Shown: positions 1 through 11,046 of the stretch, in pieces
How the letters are laid out: every line of letters starts with the position of its first letter
Numbering within the stretch: the first letter of the stretch is position 1
Translations under genes and position numbers: made by a program
From: Deltaproteobacteria bacterium
GTDB lineage: Bacteria > Myxococcota_A > Polyangia > Haliangiales > Haliangiaceae
DNA length: 24,962 nt
Assembly (NCBI GenBank): GCA_026129065.1
Contig: JAHCIV010000002.1
Location: 64,001-88,962, forward strand
Direction of reading: 5' to 3'
The notes under the pieces: model-generated
Seen by the model: only the letters and a program-made list of their open reading frames with translations
The model's database searches: none
What the model was told of the DNA's origin: nothing

Positions 1-923
1 CGCGTACCGAAGATGTCCGCGTCGCGGCTCAGCCGGGTGTCCGACCACACCACGAGGTAGTTCGTCCCGTCGAACGCGATCGAGGGCGTGACCTGGCTGG
101 CGCCGGCACCTCCGCCGGCCACGGCCGTGTCGATGAACGCCTCGCCGGCGACGGTGGGATCGAGGACCGCCGGGTACTGCGAGCTCGCGAGGAGCTCCTG
201 GGGGACGGTCAGCACGATCCGCCCGTCGATGAAGCGCGAGGGAATCGGCGTCTCGGTGCCGGTGGCGTCGATCCACAGGCCGTCGCTGTACCGAAAGCCG
301 AGCCCCTGATCGGACTGGAAGTGCAGGCCCGAGTGGTTCTGCGCGACGAGGCGCTCGCCGGCGACCGAGACCGAGATCGTCAGATCGCCGGTCGCCGCGG
401 GCCGCGCGTCGAACCGCCACGCTTGTTCGATGCCGTCCTCGCGGTTCGTGATCGTCTCGACCACCGCGCCGCGGTCGAGCTCGACGACGCCGTTCGCCAG
501 GCGCGTGCGCACCTCGGAACCGAGCTCGACGCCGTCGATCTCGATCGTCCCGGTTCGCAGCGTCATGGTTCCGCCGCGTACGGGTTCGCCTCCGTCGGGC
601 GCGTGCAGCGGCGTGATCTCGATGATCCCGTCGGTGACGGTGACGTCGTGGGTCAGGTGTCCCGCGCGATAGCGCCCGCCCGCCGCGCGAAACGCGTTCA
701 CCGCGACGGCGCTGATCACGTGGAGGTTGTGTTCGGGCATCGCGACGAGCGGCAGCCCCGTCGGACTCGCCGGCTCGGCGTTCGGCGCCTCGGCGCTCTC
801 CTCGGGCGACGGCGAGCCGTCCGCCTGTGGTTCGGTGGAGTCCTGGCAGCCCGTCACCGCGAGGAGAAGGGCAACGTTTCCGGCGATCAGACGATGAAAG
901 CTCACAGATCCCCCGAAGGCCAT
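1..923 (-). CDS. Putative secreted lipoprotein. Partial: the C-terminus runs off the window start. This edge ORF is not in the supplied track.
   Basis: Manual minus-strand translation gives an N-terminus MAFGGSVSFHRLIAGNVALLLAVTGCQDSTEPQ..., i.e. a signal peptide with lipobox LAVTGC. The frame stays open to base 1 with GC-rich third positions, and the tail reads ...IAFDGTNYLVVWSDTR. The start is either the ATG at 921-923 or the GTG at 903-905. I could assign no family. Confidence 0.45.
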   Translation of the reverse strand, partial: MAFGGSVSFHRLIAGNVALLLAVTGCQDSTEPQADGSPSPEESAEAPNAEPASPTGLPLVAMPEHNLHVISAVAVNAFRAAGGRYRAGHLTHDVTVTDGIIEITPLHAPDGGEPVRGGTMTLRTGTIEIDGVELGSEVRTRLANGVVELDRGAVVETITNREDGIEQAWRFDARPAATGDLTISVSVAGERLVAQNHSGLHFQSDQGLGFRYSDGLWIDATGTETPIPSRFIDGRIVLTVPQELLASSQYPAVLDPTVAGEAFIDTAVAGGGAGASQVTPSIAFDGTNYLVVWSDTRLSRDADIFGT

Positions 924-966
924 GCGGCCATCATAGTCGACAAACCCTGCCCATCTTCGCACCGAT

Positions 967-2102
<1,136 letters not shown>

Positions 2103-2106
<4 letters not shown>

Positions 2107-4013
2107 GCCCCGATCTCCAGCGGGGCACCGACGTGCTCGACGAGGTGCGGCTTCGCCTCGAGCGCGGCCGATCGCGGTGCGGTGCCCGCGTACTCGGGAA
2201 CGAGGGTGCGGAGGGACGCGCGGATCGCGTCGGGTGCGCCCTCGCAGTGCGCGAGGAGGTCCTCGATCCCTCGGGAGATCTCGGACCAGGTTCCGCGCGC
2301 GATGCGACCGATGAAGATCTTGGGGTGCTTGGTCTTGTCGGCGTGCTCGGCGCTCGTCGAGAGCTCCTCGAACAGCTTCTCGCCGGGCCGCACGCCGCTG
2401 AACTCGATCTCGATGTCCTCGTCGGGACGGAGCCCCGAGAGCCGGATCAGGTCGCGCGCGAGCTCGACGATCCGCACCGGTGCACCCATGTCGAGGATGA
2501 AGATCTCGCCGCCGTTCCCCATCGCGCCGGCCTGGAGCACCAGCTGGCTCGCCTCGGGGATCGTCATGAAGTAGCGCTGCATCTCGGGGTGCGTCACGGT
2601 GACCGGACCACCGCGGGCGATCTGCTCCTTGAAGATCGGGATGACCGAGCCGTTCGACCCGAGGACGTTTCCAAAGCGAACGGTGACCATGCGCGTGCGG
2701 CTGCGCTCGCCGAGCGCCTGCACGTACGTCTCGGCGACCCGCTTGGTGGCGCCCATGACCGACGTCGGGTTGACCGCCTTGTCGGTCGAGATCAACACGA
2801 ACCGCGAGACGCCGAAGCGGTCGGCGAGGTCGGCGAGCAGGCGGGTCCCGCCGATGTTGTTCTTCACCGCCTCGCCCGGGTTCGCCTCCATCATCGGCAC
2901 GTGCTTGTGCGCGGCCGCGTGCAGCACGATCGACGGCCGGTGGCGCGCGAACAGCGGCTCCATCCGTCTAGGATCCGTGACGTCCGCGATGCACGGCGTG
3001 ATCTCGAGCGCCGGGTAGTCCTTCGTCAGCTCGCGATCGATCTCGAACAGCGCGTTCTCGAACCGCTCGACCAGCACGAGCTGGCGCGGTCCGAACCGGC
3101 ACGCCTGCCGGCACAGCTCGCTGCCGATGCTGCCGCCGGCGCCCGTCACCATGACGACCTCGCCGCGGATCGAATCGTTGATGGTCTCCTCGTCGAGCCG
3201 CACCGGCTCGCGCCCGAGCAGGTCCTCGATCGCGACCTCGCGGATCCGCGACAGGTTCACGTGATCCCCGACGATCTCGTAGATTCCGGGGATGATCTTC
3301 GTGTCGAGCTGAGCCAGCTGACACGCGATGGTGATCCGCCGGATCTCGGCGCCCGGGGCGTTCGCGATCGTGATCAGCACCCGCGCGACGCGCTTGCGGT
3401 GCGCGACCTCCTGGAGCTGCGCGGTCGTCCCCAGCACGGGCGTACCCGCGACGAGAGTGCCGACCTTGTGGGGATCGTCATCGAGGAAGCCGACGACGTG
3501 GAGCCCGAGGTCCGGCCGGCGCGTGATCTCGCGTGCCACGAGCACACCCGCCTGCCCGGCGCCGATCAGCAGCACCCGCTTGCGGGAACGCTCCGCACCA
3601 CGCCGGTTGCGCTCGCGCACGTCGACGTACATCCGGCGCGAGGCGCGGACCGTGATCAGCCCGGCGGCGGCGAGCACGAAGTTGGAGCACACCACCCCGA
3701 GCGGCAGGAACGCGAAGTCGAGCACCTCGACGAACCTCGACACCAGGAGGACTGTGCTCGTGATCGTGATCGAGATCACGATCTGGAGCGCCTCGCGAAG
3801 GGAGACGAACCGCCACGAGTGCTTGGGGATCCCGAGGAGCGCGAGGGTGACGTACTCGAGGACGAGGACCGTGGGCCACGCGATCACGCACGCCCGCAGC
3901 CAGAAGGCTGGGATCGCGAACTCGAATCGGATCAAGAACGCGAGCCAGAGGGCGGCAGACAGCACCGCCAGGTCGACGACGACCTGGAGTGCTCGCGTGA
4001 TGTGCCGGGACAT
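2103..4013 (-). CDS. Membrane-anchored polysaccharide biosynthesis protein CapD/PglF/WbpM family (UDP-N-acetylglucosamine 4,6-dehydratase)
   Basis: The 636-aa ORF has N-terminal TM helices, then a Rossmann motif VMVTGAGGSIGSELCRQ and the SDR-type YxxxK region ...STDKAVNPTSVMGATKRVAE. The length and architecture match PglF/WbpM. Confidence 0.85.
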
Positions 4014-4093
4014 GCCGTACGCTTAGTGGGCAGCCGGGGACCGTGTGTTCACGACCGGACCCTATCACGAAGCCACGACGGCGTTCTCACGGG

Positions 4094-4117
4094 ATGATTC
4101 GCCGGAATCCGGACGAA
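4094..4117. promoter_or_regulatory. 24-bp near-perfect palindrome gattcgCCGGAatCCGGacgaatc in the intergenic region between the beta-helix gene stop (4136) and the PglF start (4013)
   Basis: Read directly: arms gattcgccgga / tccgg(a)cgaatc with a nested CCGGA-TCCGG palindrome, in a locally lower-GC stretch. It is either an operator for the pglF-aminotransferase operon or an intrinsic terminator hairpin for the upstream gene, and no U-tract follows it. Confidence 0.35.
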
Positions 4118-4135
4118 TCAGCCTCGTTCGTGTGC

Positions 4136-5629
4136 TCATCGCAAAGGCAGCGGCGCCACGGTGCGCTCGCGCACCTGGACGTCGCGACACGCGACCTTGC
4201 GGACGCCGTGCTGGTCGCCCGTGATCTGCTCGAACGCCACGGCGCGACCCGAGCACCGGATGCTCACGGGAACGAGGGGCGCGGTGTTGCCACGCACGTC
4301 GACGCGCTTGATCGCGTGATCGCGGTTACCGATGACCAGGATCGCGCTCGCCTCGCCGGCGATCTCGTTCTCGGCGACGGACACACCGGCGACGTCGCCG
4401 AGAACGGCGCTCACGTTGATGAGCGGCATCGCAGCATCGCCGCCGCGGTAGGCGAGGCGGTTCCGGCGGACCTCGACCGCGCTCGCCGAGGTGAGACGCA
4501 CGACCGCGGACGGCGTCGCCTGCTCGATCGTGTTGTCCACGATCGCGAGCTCGCGGGTCGTGCGACCGGCCAGGTGAGTCGCCGCGATCACCGGGCCGGG
4601 CGGAGCGGTGGCGGGGCGGTGAAGCGTGTTGCCCGCGATCCGGACCCCGGTCGTGCCGCGCATCAGCGAGATCGTCGGCGCGCGCGATCCGCGCGGGCCG
4701 TCGACGCGGTTGCGCAGCAGGTGGACGTCCGCCACGTCGAGCAGGCGGATCGAGCCGCCCGTGATCTTCGAGTCGGCGAGCACGACGCGGCGGGTGGTGA
4801 ACTTGCCGTTGCCGCCGATCGCGATCGCGTCGGGACCCTGCGCCTCCGGGTGGTGCTCGATGACGAGGCCGATCATGATGACGTCCTCGATCGAGCCCGA
4901 GCCCGTCGGCTCGAAGTCGATCGACTGGTCGCCGGTGCCGGTGATCACGTCGTGCGTGATCACGATGCGGCGCAGCCCGCGCTGGAGCGCGATCCCGGAC
5001 CGATCGCACGCGGTGAGCGTGGAGTTCGCGATCGTGACGTCGCTGACCTCCGCGCCGAGCCGGCCGAGCAGGCGGATGCAGTCGCCGCCGATCCCGGCTC
5101 CGACCTGCTGCTCGGGGCGGCGCATCGGCCCGAGCGTCATCCGGTTGATCGTGACGTCCGAGCTGCCGTGCACGACCTCGATCAGGTGGGTCTGCTCCTC
5201 GGTGTCGAACGCGCCGAGCCCGTCGATCGTGAAGTCGTGGAGGTACACGCCGCGCGCGCCGGTGATCTGGATCGCGCGCCAGTCCTCGCGTCGTCCCGAG
5301 CCGCTCATCCGGATCACGGTGCCGGGTCCGGCGCCCGCGATCTCGATGGGACCCGACCGGATCATCAGCGAGCCCCACTCCTGCCCTCGGCGCGGCGGCC
5401 GCTCGACCAGGAAGACGCCGCGACCGAGGCACACGCGCTTGTGCTCGGCGGTCGCGATGTCGATCGCGCGCTGGATCGCCGCGGTGTCCGGCTTGTCGTC
5501 GTCGGGGACCGCGCCGAGGTCCGCGGGATCGACGCAGGCCACCACGGGAGGGTCCGGCTTGTCGTCGTCGGTCACCACACCTCGCCTCGCGCAGGCGGCG
5601 ACGGCGACGAGCAGTGCGAGCCTCAGCAT
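4136..5629 (-). CDS. Secreted right-handed parallel beta-helix repeat lipoprotein (pectin-lyase fold; possible glycan hydrolase/lyase/epimerase)
   Basis: The 497-aa ORF has a signal peptide with lipobox MLRLALLVAVAAC. It contains repeated ~22-residue beta-helix coil signatures such as ...VTIANSTLTACDRSGIAL..., ...IVITHDVITGTGDQSIDF..., ...VHLLRNRVDG... and ...VRIAGNTL... The function was not resolved. Confidence 0.6.
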   Translation of the reverse strand: MLRLALLVAVAACARRGVVTDDDKPDPPVVACVDPADLGAVPDDDKPDTAAIQRAIDIATAEHKRVCLGRGVFLVERPPRRGQEWGSLMIRSGPIEIAGAGPGTVIRMSGSGRREDWRAIQITGARGVYLHDFTIDGLGAFDTEEQTHLIEVVHGSSDVTINRMTLGPMRRPEQQVGAGIGGDCIRLLGRLGAEVSDVTIANSTLTACDRSGIALQRGLRRIVITHDVITGTGDQSIDFEPTGSGSIEDVIMIGLVIEHHPEAQGPDAIAIGGNGKFTTRRVVLADSKITGGSIRLLDVADVHLLRNRVDGPRGSRAPTISLMRGTTGVRIAGNTLHRPATAPPGPVIAATHLAGRTTRELAIVDNTIEQATPSAVVRLTSASAVEVRRNRLAYRGGDAAMPLINVSAVLGDVAGVSVAENEIAGEASAILVIGNRDHAIKRVDVRGNTAPLVPVSIRCSGRAVAFEQITGDQHGVRKVACRDVQVRERTVAPLPLR

Positions 5630-5712
5630 GTCGGTTGGTGGATGCTGCCGCGATCCGGGTTCATCCGAACCTTATCACCCGTGGCGTAGGTGCAAAACGC
5701 AGCCCGGCGCCG

Positions 5713-6315
5713 TCACCGCGACCTGGCCGGCACGCCGACGACGGTGGCGCCGTCGTCGACGTCGCGCACCACCACGGCGCCGGCGCCGACGCGCGTCCAC
5801 GCCCCGATCCTCCGCCCGGGAACGACGACCGCGCCGATGCCCAGGAACGCGCCGGCGCCCACGGTCACGGTGCCGGCGAGGTGGCTGCCGGGGGCGAGGT
5901 GCGCGGCGTCGCCGATCACGCAGTCGTGATCGATCGAGCACGACGTGTTGACGATGACGCCCGCGCCGAGCCGCGCGTCGGGCTGGATCACAGCGCCGGC
6001 GAAGACGACGGTCCCCGGGCCGAGCGTCGCCGACGCGTCGACGCATGCGCGGGCGTGGACCAGCGTCGCCAGCTCGCACCGGGCGCGGCTCATCAGGCGA
6101 TGCCTCGTCGCGTTGTCGCCCACCGCGATCACGGCGAGCTCGTCCGCGCGGTCGAGGACCTCGTCGACGGCTCCGACGATCGGTGCGCCGCACAGCACCT
6201 CGCCTCGACGGGCCGGATCGTCGTCGTACACCGAGATCTGCGCGTAGCCGATCGAGCGCGCCGTGGCGATCACGACCTTCGCGTGGCCGCCGCCGCCCAG
6301 CACGCACAGCTTCAC
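5713..6315 (-). CDS. NeuD/PglD-family sugar N-/O-acetyltransferase (left-handed beta-helix, hexapeptide repeats)
   Basis: The 200-aa ORF has the N-terminal motif LCVLGGGGHAKVVIATAR typical of NeuD/PglB/PglD (TIGR03570-like). Its C-terminal half has hexapeptide repeats (...GAGVIVNTSCSIDHDCVIGDAAHLAPGSHLAGTVTVGAGAFLGIGAVVVPGRRIG...). Confidence 0.75.
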   Translation of the reverse strand: MKLCVLGGGGHAKVVIATARSIGYAQISVYDDDPARRGEVLCGAPIVGAVDEVLDRADELAVIAVGDNATRHRLMSRARCELATLVHARACVDASATLGPGTVVFAGAVIQPDARLGAGVIVNTSCSIDHDCVIGDAAHLAPGSHLAGTVTVGAGAFLGIGAVVVPGRRIGAWTRVGAGAVVVRDVDDGATVVGVPARSR

Positions 6316-6324
6316 GCGCGCACG

Positions 6325-7182
6325 CTAGATCTCGAGCTCTTCGCCCTCGCGCGCGGGGACGAGGCCGATGGCGGCGCCGCCGCGCGCGTCGAGGGTGGCG
6401 CGGCAGCTCGCGAGGAGCTCGTCGACGTCGGCGTCGCTGTAGTCCTGGTCGTAGTGGAACATGACCAGCTTGCCGACGCGGGCGGCGATCGCGGCGTCGG
6501 CGGCGTCCTCGTAGGAGGAGAAGCCGCGGTTGCGGCGCGTGGCCTGGTCCTCGGGGCGGTAGGTGGTGTCGTGGAGGAGGACGTCGGCGCCCTGGTAGAA
6601 GGCGATGGCGTCGGGGTGCGGTGGGGCGCCGGCGTCGGGCTGGCCGACGTCGGAGGCGTAGACGAACGTGCGGGTGCCGTCATCGATGCGGAAGGCGAGG
6701 GCGGTGGCGCTGCCGTGCGGGTGCTCGCGGCAGGTGACGCGCAGGCCCTCGGCGTCGAACGGCAGGCCGCAGCGCACGGCGCGCACGTCGAACGTGGCCG
6801 AGAAGTTCTTGAGCGTCTGCAGCGGCGAGAAGTTGGGATCCATCTGGCCCTCGAGGATGCCCTCGAGCACCTCGGGCGAGCCGCCGGGGCCCCAGACCGT
6901 GAACTGGTTGCCGGCGACGAACACGGGCGGGAAGAAGCCGAGGCCCTGGATGTGGTCCCAGTGGGTGTGCGAGAGCAGGATCGACGCGCGGCCCTGGCCC
7001 TTGCCGAACGCGCCGGTCATGAGGTGGTTGCCGAGGTGCATGAGCCCGGTGCCCATGTCGATCACGACGAGCCCGCCGGTTCGGGTCTCGACGGAGACGC
7101 ACGACGTGTTGCCGCCGTAGCGGATCGTGTCGGGCCCCGGCGCGGGGATCGAGCCGCGCACGCCCCAGAAGCGAATCTTCAC
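6325..7182 (-). CDS. MBL-fold metallo-hydrolase, paralog A (285 aa, GTG start)
   Basis: This is the C-terminal part of track ORF 6325..8136. The protein starts VKIRFWGVRGSIPAPG and carries the HxHxDH motif (LSHTHWDHIQG). The GTG start at 7180-7182 overlaps the stop of paralog B (7179-7181), a GTGA overlap. The upstream part of the 603-aa track ORF is Arg/Pro-rich junk antisense to paralog B. Confidence 0.65.
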   Translation of the reverse strand: MKIRFWGVRGSIPAPGPDTIRYGGNTSCVSVETRTGGLVVIDMGTGLMHLGNHLMTGAFGKGQGRASILLSHTHWDHIQGLGFFPPVFVAGNQFTVWGPGGSPEVLEGILEGQMDPNFSPLQTLKNFSATFDVRAVRCGLPFDAEGLRVTCREHPHGSATALAFRIDDGTRTFVYASDVGQPDAGAPPHPDAIAFYQGADVLLHDTTYRPEDQATRRNRGFSSYEDAADAAIAARVGKLVMFHYDQDYSDADVDELLASCRATLDARGGAAIGLVPAREGEELEI

Positions 7183-8111
7183 TGATCCCCCAGTGGGATC
7201 TCGAGTCCCTCGAAGGCGCTGTCGAGCGAGAACGGATCGCCCTGCGCCGCGACGACGCCGCGGTACTTCGCGAGGATCCTGTCGTTGTCGTCGTCGGAGC
7301 GCATCGGCGCGTGGTGGAACAGGCACAGGCGCTTCACACCCGCGTCGCGCGCGATCTGGATCGCGTCGTCGGGGTGCGAGTGGCCCCAGTGCGGGCGCAG
7401 CCGGTACTCCTCGTACGTGAACTGCGTGTCGTAGATCAGCAGGTCGGCGCCCTTCGCGAGCGCGACCACGCCCGCGCGCATGCGGTCGAGCTCGGCCGCG
7501 ACGTCGGGCGGCAGCGGCTGGTCGAGCGCCGGCGGCGTCGTCACGAACTCGCGCCCGAACAGGATGTCGGCGAACGGCGCGGTGTCGGCGCAGTAGACGA
7601 GCGACGCGCGATCGCAGTCGATGCGGTACGCCATCGCGACCCACGGGTGGTTGAGGCGCGTGCACGAGATGCGGATGCCGCCGGGCAGCTCGAACCGCGC
7701 ACCCTCGAGCAGCTCGCGGAAGCTCATGTCCGCCTGCATCGCGGACATCGGCACCGGGAAGTACGGCGAGTCGTGCTGCTGCGAGAACACGGCCTCGAGG
7801 TGGGTGTCGCGCTGGCGCGCGAAGATCTCGACCTTGTTTCCGGCGCGGTACAGGGGCGAGAAGAACGGGAGGCCCTGCACGTGATCCCAGTGCGTGTGGC
7901 TGATGAGGATCGTCGCCGAGCCGCGCCCGTCGCCGAACGCCTCCTCCATGAGCGACTTGCCCAGCCTCCGGAGCCCCGTGCCCGCGTCGATGATGATCGG
8001 CGAGCCGTTCCGGGGCCGCACCTCCACGCACGACGTGTTCCCGCCGTACCGGCTGGTCGCTCGCCCGGGTACCGGAATCGAGCCGCGGACTCCCCAGAAC
8101 CTGACCTTCAT
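7179..8111 (-). CDS. MBL-fold metallo-hydrolase, paralog B (alternative upstream ATG start at 8168)
   Basis: The protein MKVRFWGVRGSIPVPG...ISHTHWDHVQG... has the same N-terminal box and HxHxDH motif as paralog A. By analogy with paralog A, I prefer the internal Met at 8111 over the track start at 8168. Confidence 0.65.
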   Translation of the reverse strand: MKVRFWGVRGSIPVPGRATSRYGGNTSCVEVRPRNGSPIIIDAGTGLRRLGKSLMEEAFGDGRGSATILISHTHWDHVQGLPFFSPLYRAGNKVEIFARQRDTHLEAVFSQQHDSPYFPVPMSAMQADMSFRELLEGARFELPGGIRISCTRLNHPWVAMAYRIDCDRASLVYCADTAPFADILFGREFVTTPPALDQPLPPDVAAELDRMRAGVVALAKGADLLIYDTQFTYEEYRLRPHWGHSHPDDAIQIARDAGVKRLCLFHHAPMRSDDDNDRILAKYRGVVAAQGDPFSLDSAFEGLEIPLGDQ

Positions 8112-8193
8112 GAAACTCGCGTGAGCCGAACCGCACCGCCGACAGACCCCGGCGCGGCCAATCGGCACCCTAACGCCCGGAACACCCTCGCGG

Positions 8194-8661
8194 CTAGAAC
8201 CCCTTGCGCGAATCTAGAAGGATCGTCACGGGCCCATCGTTGACGAGCTCGACCGCCATATCCGCGGCGAACTCGCCGGCTTCGACGCGCACGACACCGG
8301 CGGCGCGCAACCCGGCGAGCGCCTGCTCGCACAGCATCTTGGCCGCGACCGGTTCGAGCGCGCCGGTGAACGCCGGTCGGCGCCCCTGACGCGCGTCGCC
8401 ATACAGCGTGAACTGCGACACGAGGAGCACGCCGCCGCCGACGTCGAGGACGCTGCGATTCATCTTGTTTGCGTCGTCGGCGAAGATCCGGAGGTTCGCG
8501 ATCTTGTCGACGATGTAGGCCAGGTCGGTCGCGGTGTCCCCGGCGCCCGCGCCGAGGAGGACCATGAGGCCGCGCTCGATGACGCCGGTCACGCGCTCGC
8601 CACCGTCCGCATCGCGCACGGTGACGCGTGCCCTCGTGACTCGCTGGACGACCGCGCGCAT
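8194..8661 (-). CDS. dtd: D-aminoacyl-tRNA deacylase
   Basis: MRAVVQRVTRARVTV...GLMVLLG...KIANLRIF...KMNRSVLDVGGGVLLVSQFTLYGD...GRRPAFTGA...NDGPVTILLD are canonical Dtd motifs (SQFTL, NDGPVT). I prefer the internal Met at 8661 over the track start at 8700. Confidence 0.85.
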   Translation of the reverse strand: MRAVVQRVTRARVTVRDADGGERVTGVIERGLMVLLGAGAGDTATDLAYIVDKIANLRIFADDANKMNRSVLDVGGGVLLVSQFTLYGDARQGRRPAFTGALEPVAAKMLCEQALAGLRAAGVVRVEAGEFAADMAVELVNDGPVTILLDSRKGF

Positions 8662-8729
8662 GCCCGTTCGATACCACGACTTTTCCGGGCAACCCCGCAC
8701 GCTTGCTGGTGGTCTGATCGACCGCTAGG

Positions 8730-9224
8730 ATGCCCGCGCGCATGAGACTCCTTCTTCTTCTCGCCGTGATCGCCGGTTGCGGCAGGGAGATCGGCGACAA
8801 GTGCATCATCAGCACCGACTGCGACCCGAACGGCACACGCCAGTGTGATTCGTCGGCGCACGAGGGTTACTGCACGATCCAGGGCTGCGACGTCGGCACG
8901 TGCCCCGACGAGGCCGTGTGCGTCCGGTTCTTCACCGGGAGCTTCGCGAACCGGCCGTGCGACCCCGCCACCGAGGACCGCCCGGGCGGCACGAACGAGT
9001 GCACCTTCGACGAGCTGTGCTCGCTCGCCGGCCACTGCGTGCCGCGCTCGAGCGAGATCCGCTTCTGCATGAAGATCTGCGAGTCCGCCAGCGACTGCCG
9101 CGACAAGTACGAGTGCCGCAACCTCGACCTCATGCGCGCGCACGGCGGCGAGCCGGTGCTCGAGCCGGGCACCATCATCGACGAGAAAGCCCCGAACTTC
9201 TGCGCCGCCGAAGGCACGCTCTGA
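8730..9224 (+). CDS. Cys-rich secreted lipoprotein, function unknown
   Basis: The signal peptide has lipobox MRLLLLLAVIAGC. The mature region of ~145 aa holds about 17 Cys in CxxxxC / C.DxxTC patterns and is probably disulfide-rich. It diverges from dtd across a 68-bp gap. Confidence 0.55.
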   Translation: MPARMRLLLLLAVIAGCGREIGDKCIISTDCDPNGTRQCDSSAHEGYCTIQGCDVGTCPDEAVCVRFFTGSFANRPCDPATEDRPGGTNECTFDELCSLAGHCVPRSSEIRFCMKICESASDCRDKYECRNLDLMRAHGGEPVLEPGTIIDEKAPNFCAAEGTL

Positions 9225-9264
9225 GCGCGCTCGTAACGTCGTAGCGACGGGGTAGGCTGCCCGC

Positions 9265-10215
9265 GTGGCGGTGGACGTCTCCTCGCTCGGCTCGTTCCTG
9301 CTCCGCAGGCTCGGCTCGGGTGCGCTCGCCGTCCTCGGCGTGTCGATCCTCGCCTTCTCGTTCCTGCACATCGTCCCCGGCGATCCCGTCGACCACCTCG
9401 CGGGCGGCGAGGCGACGCCGGCGCAGCGCGCGCAGATCGAGCAGTGCATGGGGCTCGATCGCTCGCTGCCGATGCAGTTCGTCCACTTCCTCGGCGACAT
9501 CGCCGACGGCTCGCTCGGGCACCAGTGCCCCGACCCCAAGGGCAAGCCGACGGTCGCCGCGCGCATCGCCGAGGTGTTCCCGCACACGGCCGAGCTCGCG
9601 CTCGCCGGCATGCTCGTCGCCGTGATCTTCGCGCTGCCGCTCGGCATCGTCGCGGCGATCCGGCGCGGCTCGTGGATCGACACGCTCGCGACGACGGCGT
9701 CGCTGTCGGGCATCGCGATCCCGCAGATGATGTTCGCGCCGATGCTCGTGTTCCTGTTCTTCGTCACGCTCGGCTGGTTCCCGGGCCCGACGGAGACGGG
9801 GCTCGCGGCGCTCGTCCTGCCGGCGTTCGCCGTCGGCACGCACCTGATGGCGATGCTGGCGCGCATGACGCGCTCGTCGATGGTCGAGGTCCTCGGCGAG
9901 GACTACGTGCGCACGGCGCGCGCGAAGGGGCTGCCCGAGCGGCAGGTGCTGCTCGTCCACGCGCTGCGCAACGCGCTCCTGCCGGTGATCACCGTCGCCG
10001 GCCTGCAGTTCGGGTCGCTGCTGTCGGGCGCGATCGTGATCGAGCGGGTGTTCTCGCGGCCGGGGCTCGGCACGACGCTGCTCGACGCGATCCTCGAGCG
10101 CAACTACCCCGTCGTGCAGGGCTGCGTGTTCGTGATCGCGCTCGTCTACATCACCATCAACGTGCTGGTCGACCTGGCGTACGGCCTCGTCGACCCGAGG
10201 ATCCGGCGCGCGTGA
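9265..10215 (+). CDS. ABC transporter permease, DppB/OppB family (oligo-/dipeptide or nickel type)
   Basis: The 316-aa ORF has an N-terminal ...[31 protein letters not shown]... signature of DppB-type permeases, 6 predicted TM segments and an EAA-like loop (...[10 protein letters not shown]...). Confidence 0.8.
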   Translation: MAVDVSSLGSFLLRRLGSGALAVLGVSILAFSFLHIVPGDPVDHLAGGEATPAQRAQIEQCMGLDRSLPMQFVHFLGDIADGSLGHQCPDPKGKPTVAARIAEVFPHTAELALAGMLVAVIFALPLGIVAAIRRGSWIDTLATTASLSGIAIPQMMFAPMLVFLFFVTLGWFPGPTETGLAALVLPAFAVGTHLMAMLARMTRSSMVEVLGEDYVRTARAKGLPERQVLLVHALRNALLPVITVAGLQFGSLLSGAIVIERVFSRPGLGTTLLDAILERNYPVVQGCVFVIALVYITINVLVDLAYGLVDPRIRRA

Positions 10216-11042
10216 AGCTGTCGGTCAGCGCGAAGATCGGGATGGTCATGCTGGCCGTGTTCGTCGTGCTCGGCGTGTTCGGCCCGTGGCTCGCCCCGTA
10301 CGACGTCGGGACGCGCGGGATCGACCTGGCGCACCGCTTCGAGGGCTCGTCGGGCGCGCACCTTTTCGGCACCGACTCGACCGGGCGCGACACGCTCTCG
10401 CAGCTCCTGTTCGGCGCGCGCTCGGCGCTGCAGATCAGCCTCATCGTCGTCGCGATCTCGGCGGCGGTCGGCCTCACGCTCGGCGCCGTCGCCGGCTGGT
10501 TCGGCGGCGCCGTCGACGAGGTCGTGATGCGCGTCGTCGACGTGCTGATGGCGTTCCCGGGCATCCTGCTCAACATCGCGATCGTGGCGACCGTCGCCGA
10601 GCCGGGCCTCGGCATCATGATCGCGGCGCTGTGCGCGAACGGCTGGGTCGGCTACGCCCGCGTCGCGCGCGGCCAGGTGCTCGCGCTGCGCGAGCGCGAC
10701 TACGTGAAGGCCGCGATCGCGCTCGGCGCCGGCGATGCGCGCGTGATCGGCCGGCACCTCGTCCCGAACCTGATGGCGCCGGCGCTCGTGCAGATGACGT
10801 TCGGCTTCGGCGGCGTGATCCTCGTCGAGGCGTCGCTGTCGTTCCTCGGCCTCGGCCCGCAGGTCGACTACACCTGGGGGGCGATGCTCGACCAGGCGCG
10901 CACGTTCCTGTGGAAGTCGGAGTGGGTGAAGCTCTACACGCTCGTGCCCGGCCTCGCGATCCTGTGGGTCGTGCTCGCGGCGAACCTGCTCGGCGACGGC
11001 CTGCGCGACTGGCTCGATCCGCGCCAGCGAGGGCGGGGGTAG
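10212..11042 (+). CDS. ABC transporter permease, DppC/OppC family
   Basis: The real gene is the C-terminal part of track ORF 9444..11042, which is in the same frame: [31 protein letters not shown]...GTDSTGRD...[17 protein letters not shown]..., all typical DppC features. The GTG start overlaps the DppB stop (GTGA at 10212-10215). Alternative ATG starts lie at about 10242 and 10248. Confidence 0.75.
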   Translation: MKLSVSAKIGMVMLAVFVVLGVFGPWLAPYDVGTRGIDLAHRFEGSSGAHLFGTDSTGRDTLSQLLFGARSALQISLIVVAISAAVGLTLGAVAGWFGGAVDEVVMRVVDVLMAFPGILLNIAIVATVAEPGLGIMIAALCANGWVGYARVARGQVLALRERDYVKAAIALGAGDARVIGRHLVPNLMAPALVQMTFGFGGVILVEASLSFLGLGPQVDYTWGAMLDQARTFLWKSEWVKLYTLVPGLAILWVVLAANLLGDGLRDWLDPRQRGRG

Positions 11043-11046
11043 ACCG

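Noticed and set aside
4136-5629. Assigning the beta-helix lipoprotein a specific activity (pectate lyase, GH28, alginate epimerase)
   Set aside because: Only the generic parallel beta-helix coil pattern is visible. Catalytic signatures cannot be verified by eye.
6325-8136. Single 603-aa minus-strand ORF spanning both MBL genes
   Set aside because: The N-terminal ~320 aa of this frame are R/P-rich junk antisense to paralog B. The MBL domain begins only at VKIRFWGVRGS with a GTG at 7182. I therefore split it into two genes.
9222-9262. GAGCGCGCTC palindrome and cgtcg-tag-cgacg hairpin after the Cys-rich lipoprotein gene as an intrinsic terminator
   Set aside because: The stems are short and no U-tract follows. 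This cannot be distinguished from chance in GC-rich DNA, so I left it unannotated.
9444-10211. N-terminal 256 codons of ORF 9444..11042
   Set aside because: This is an alternate frame of the DppB gene with Arg-rich translation. The DppC homology starts at the GTG at 10212.
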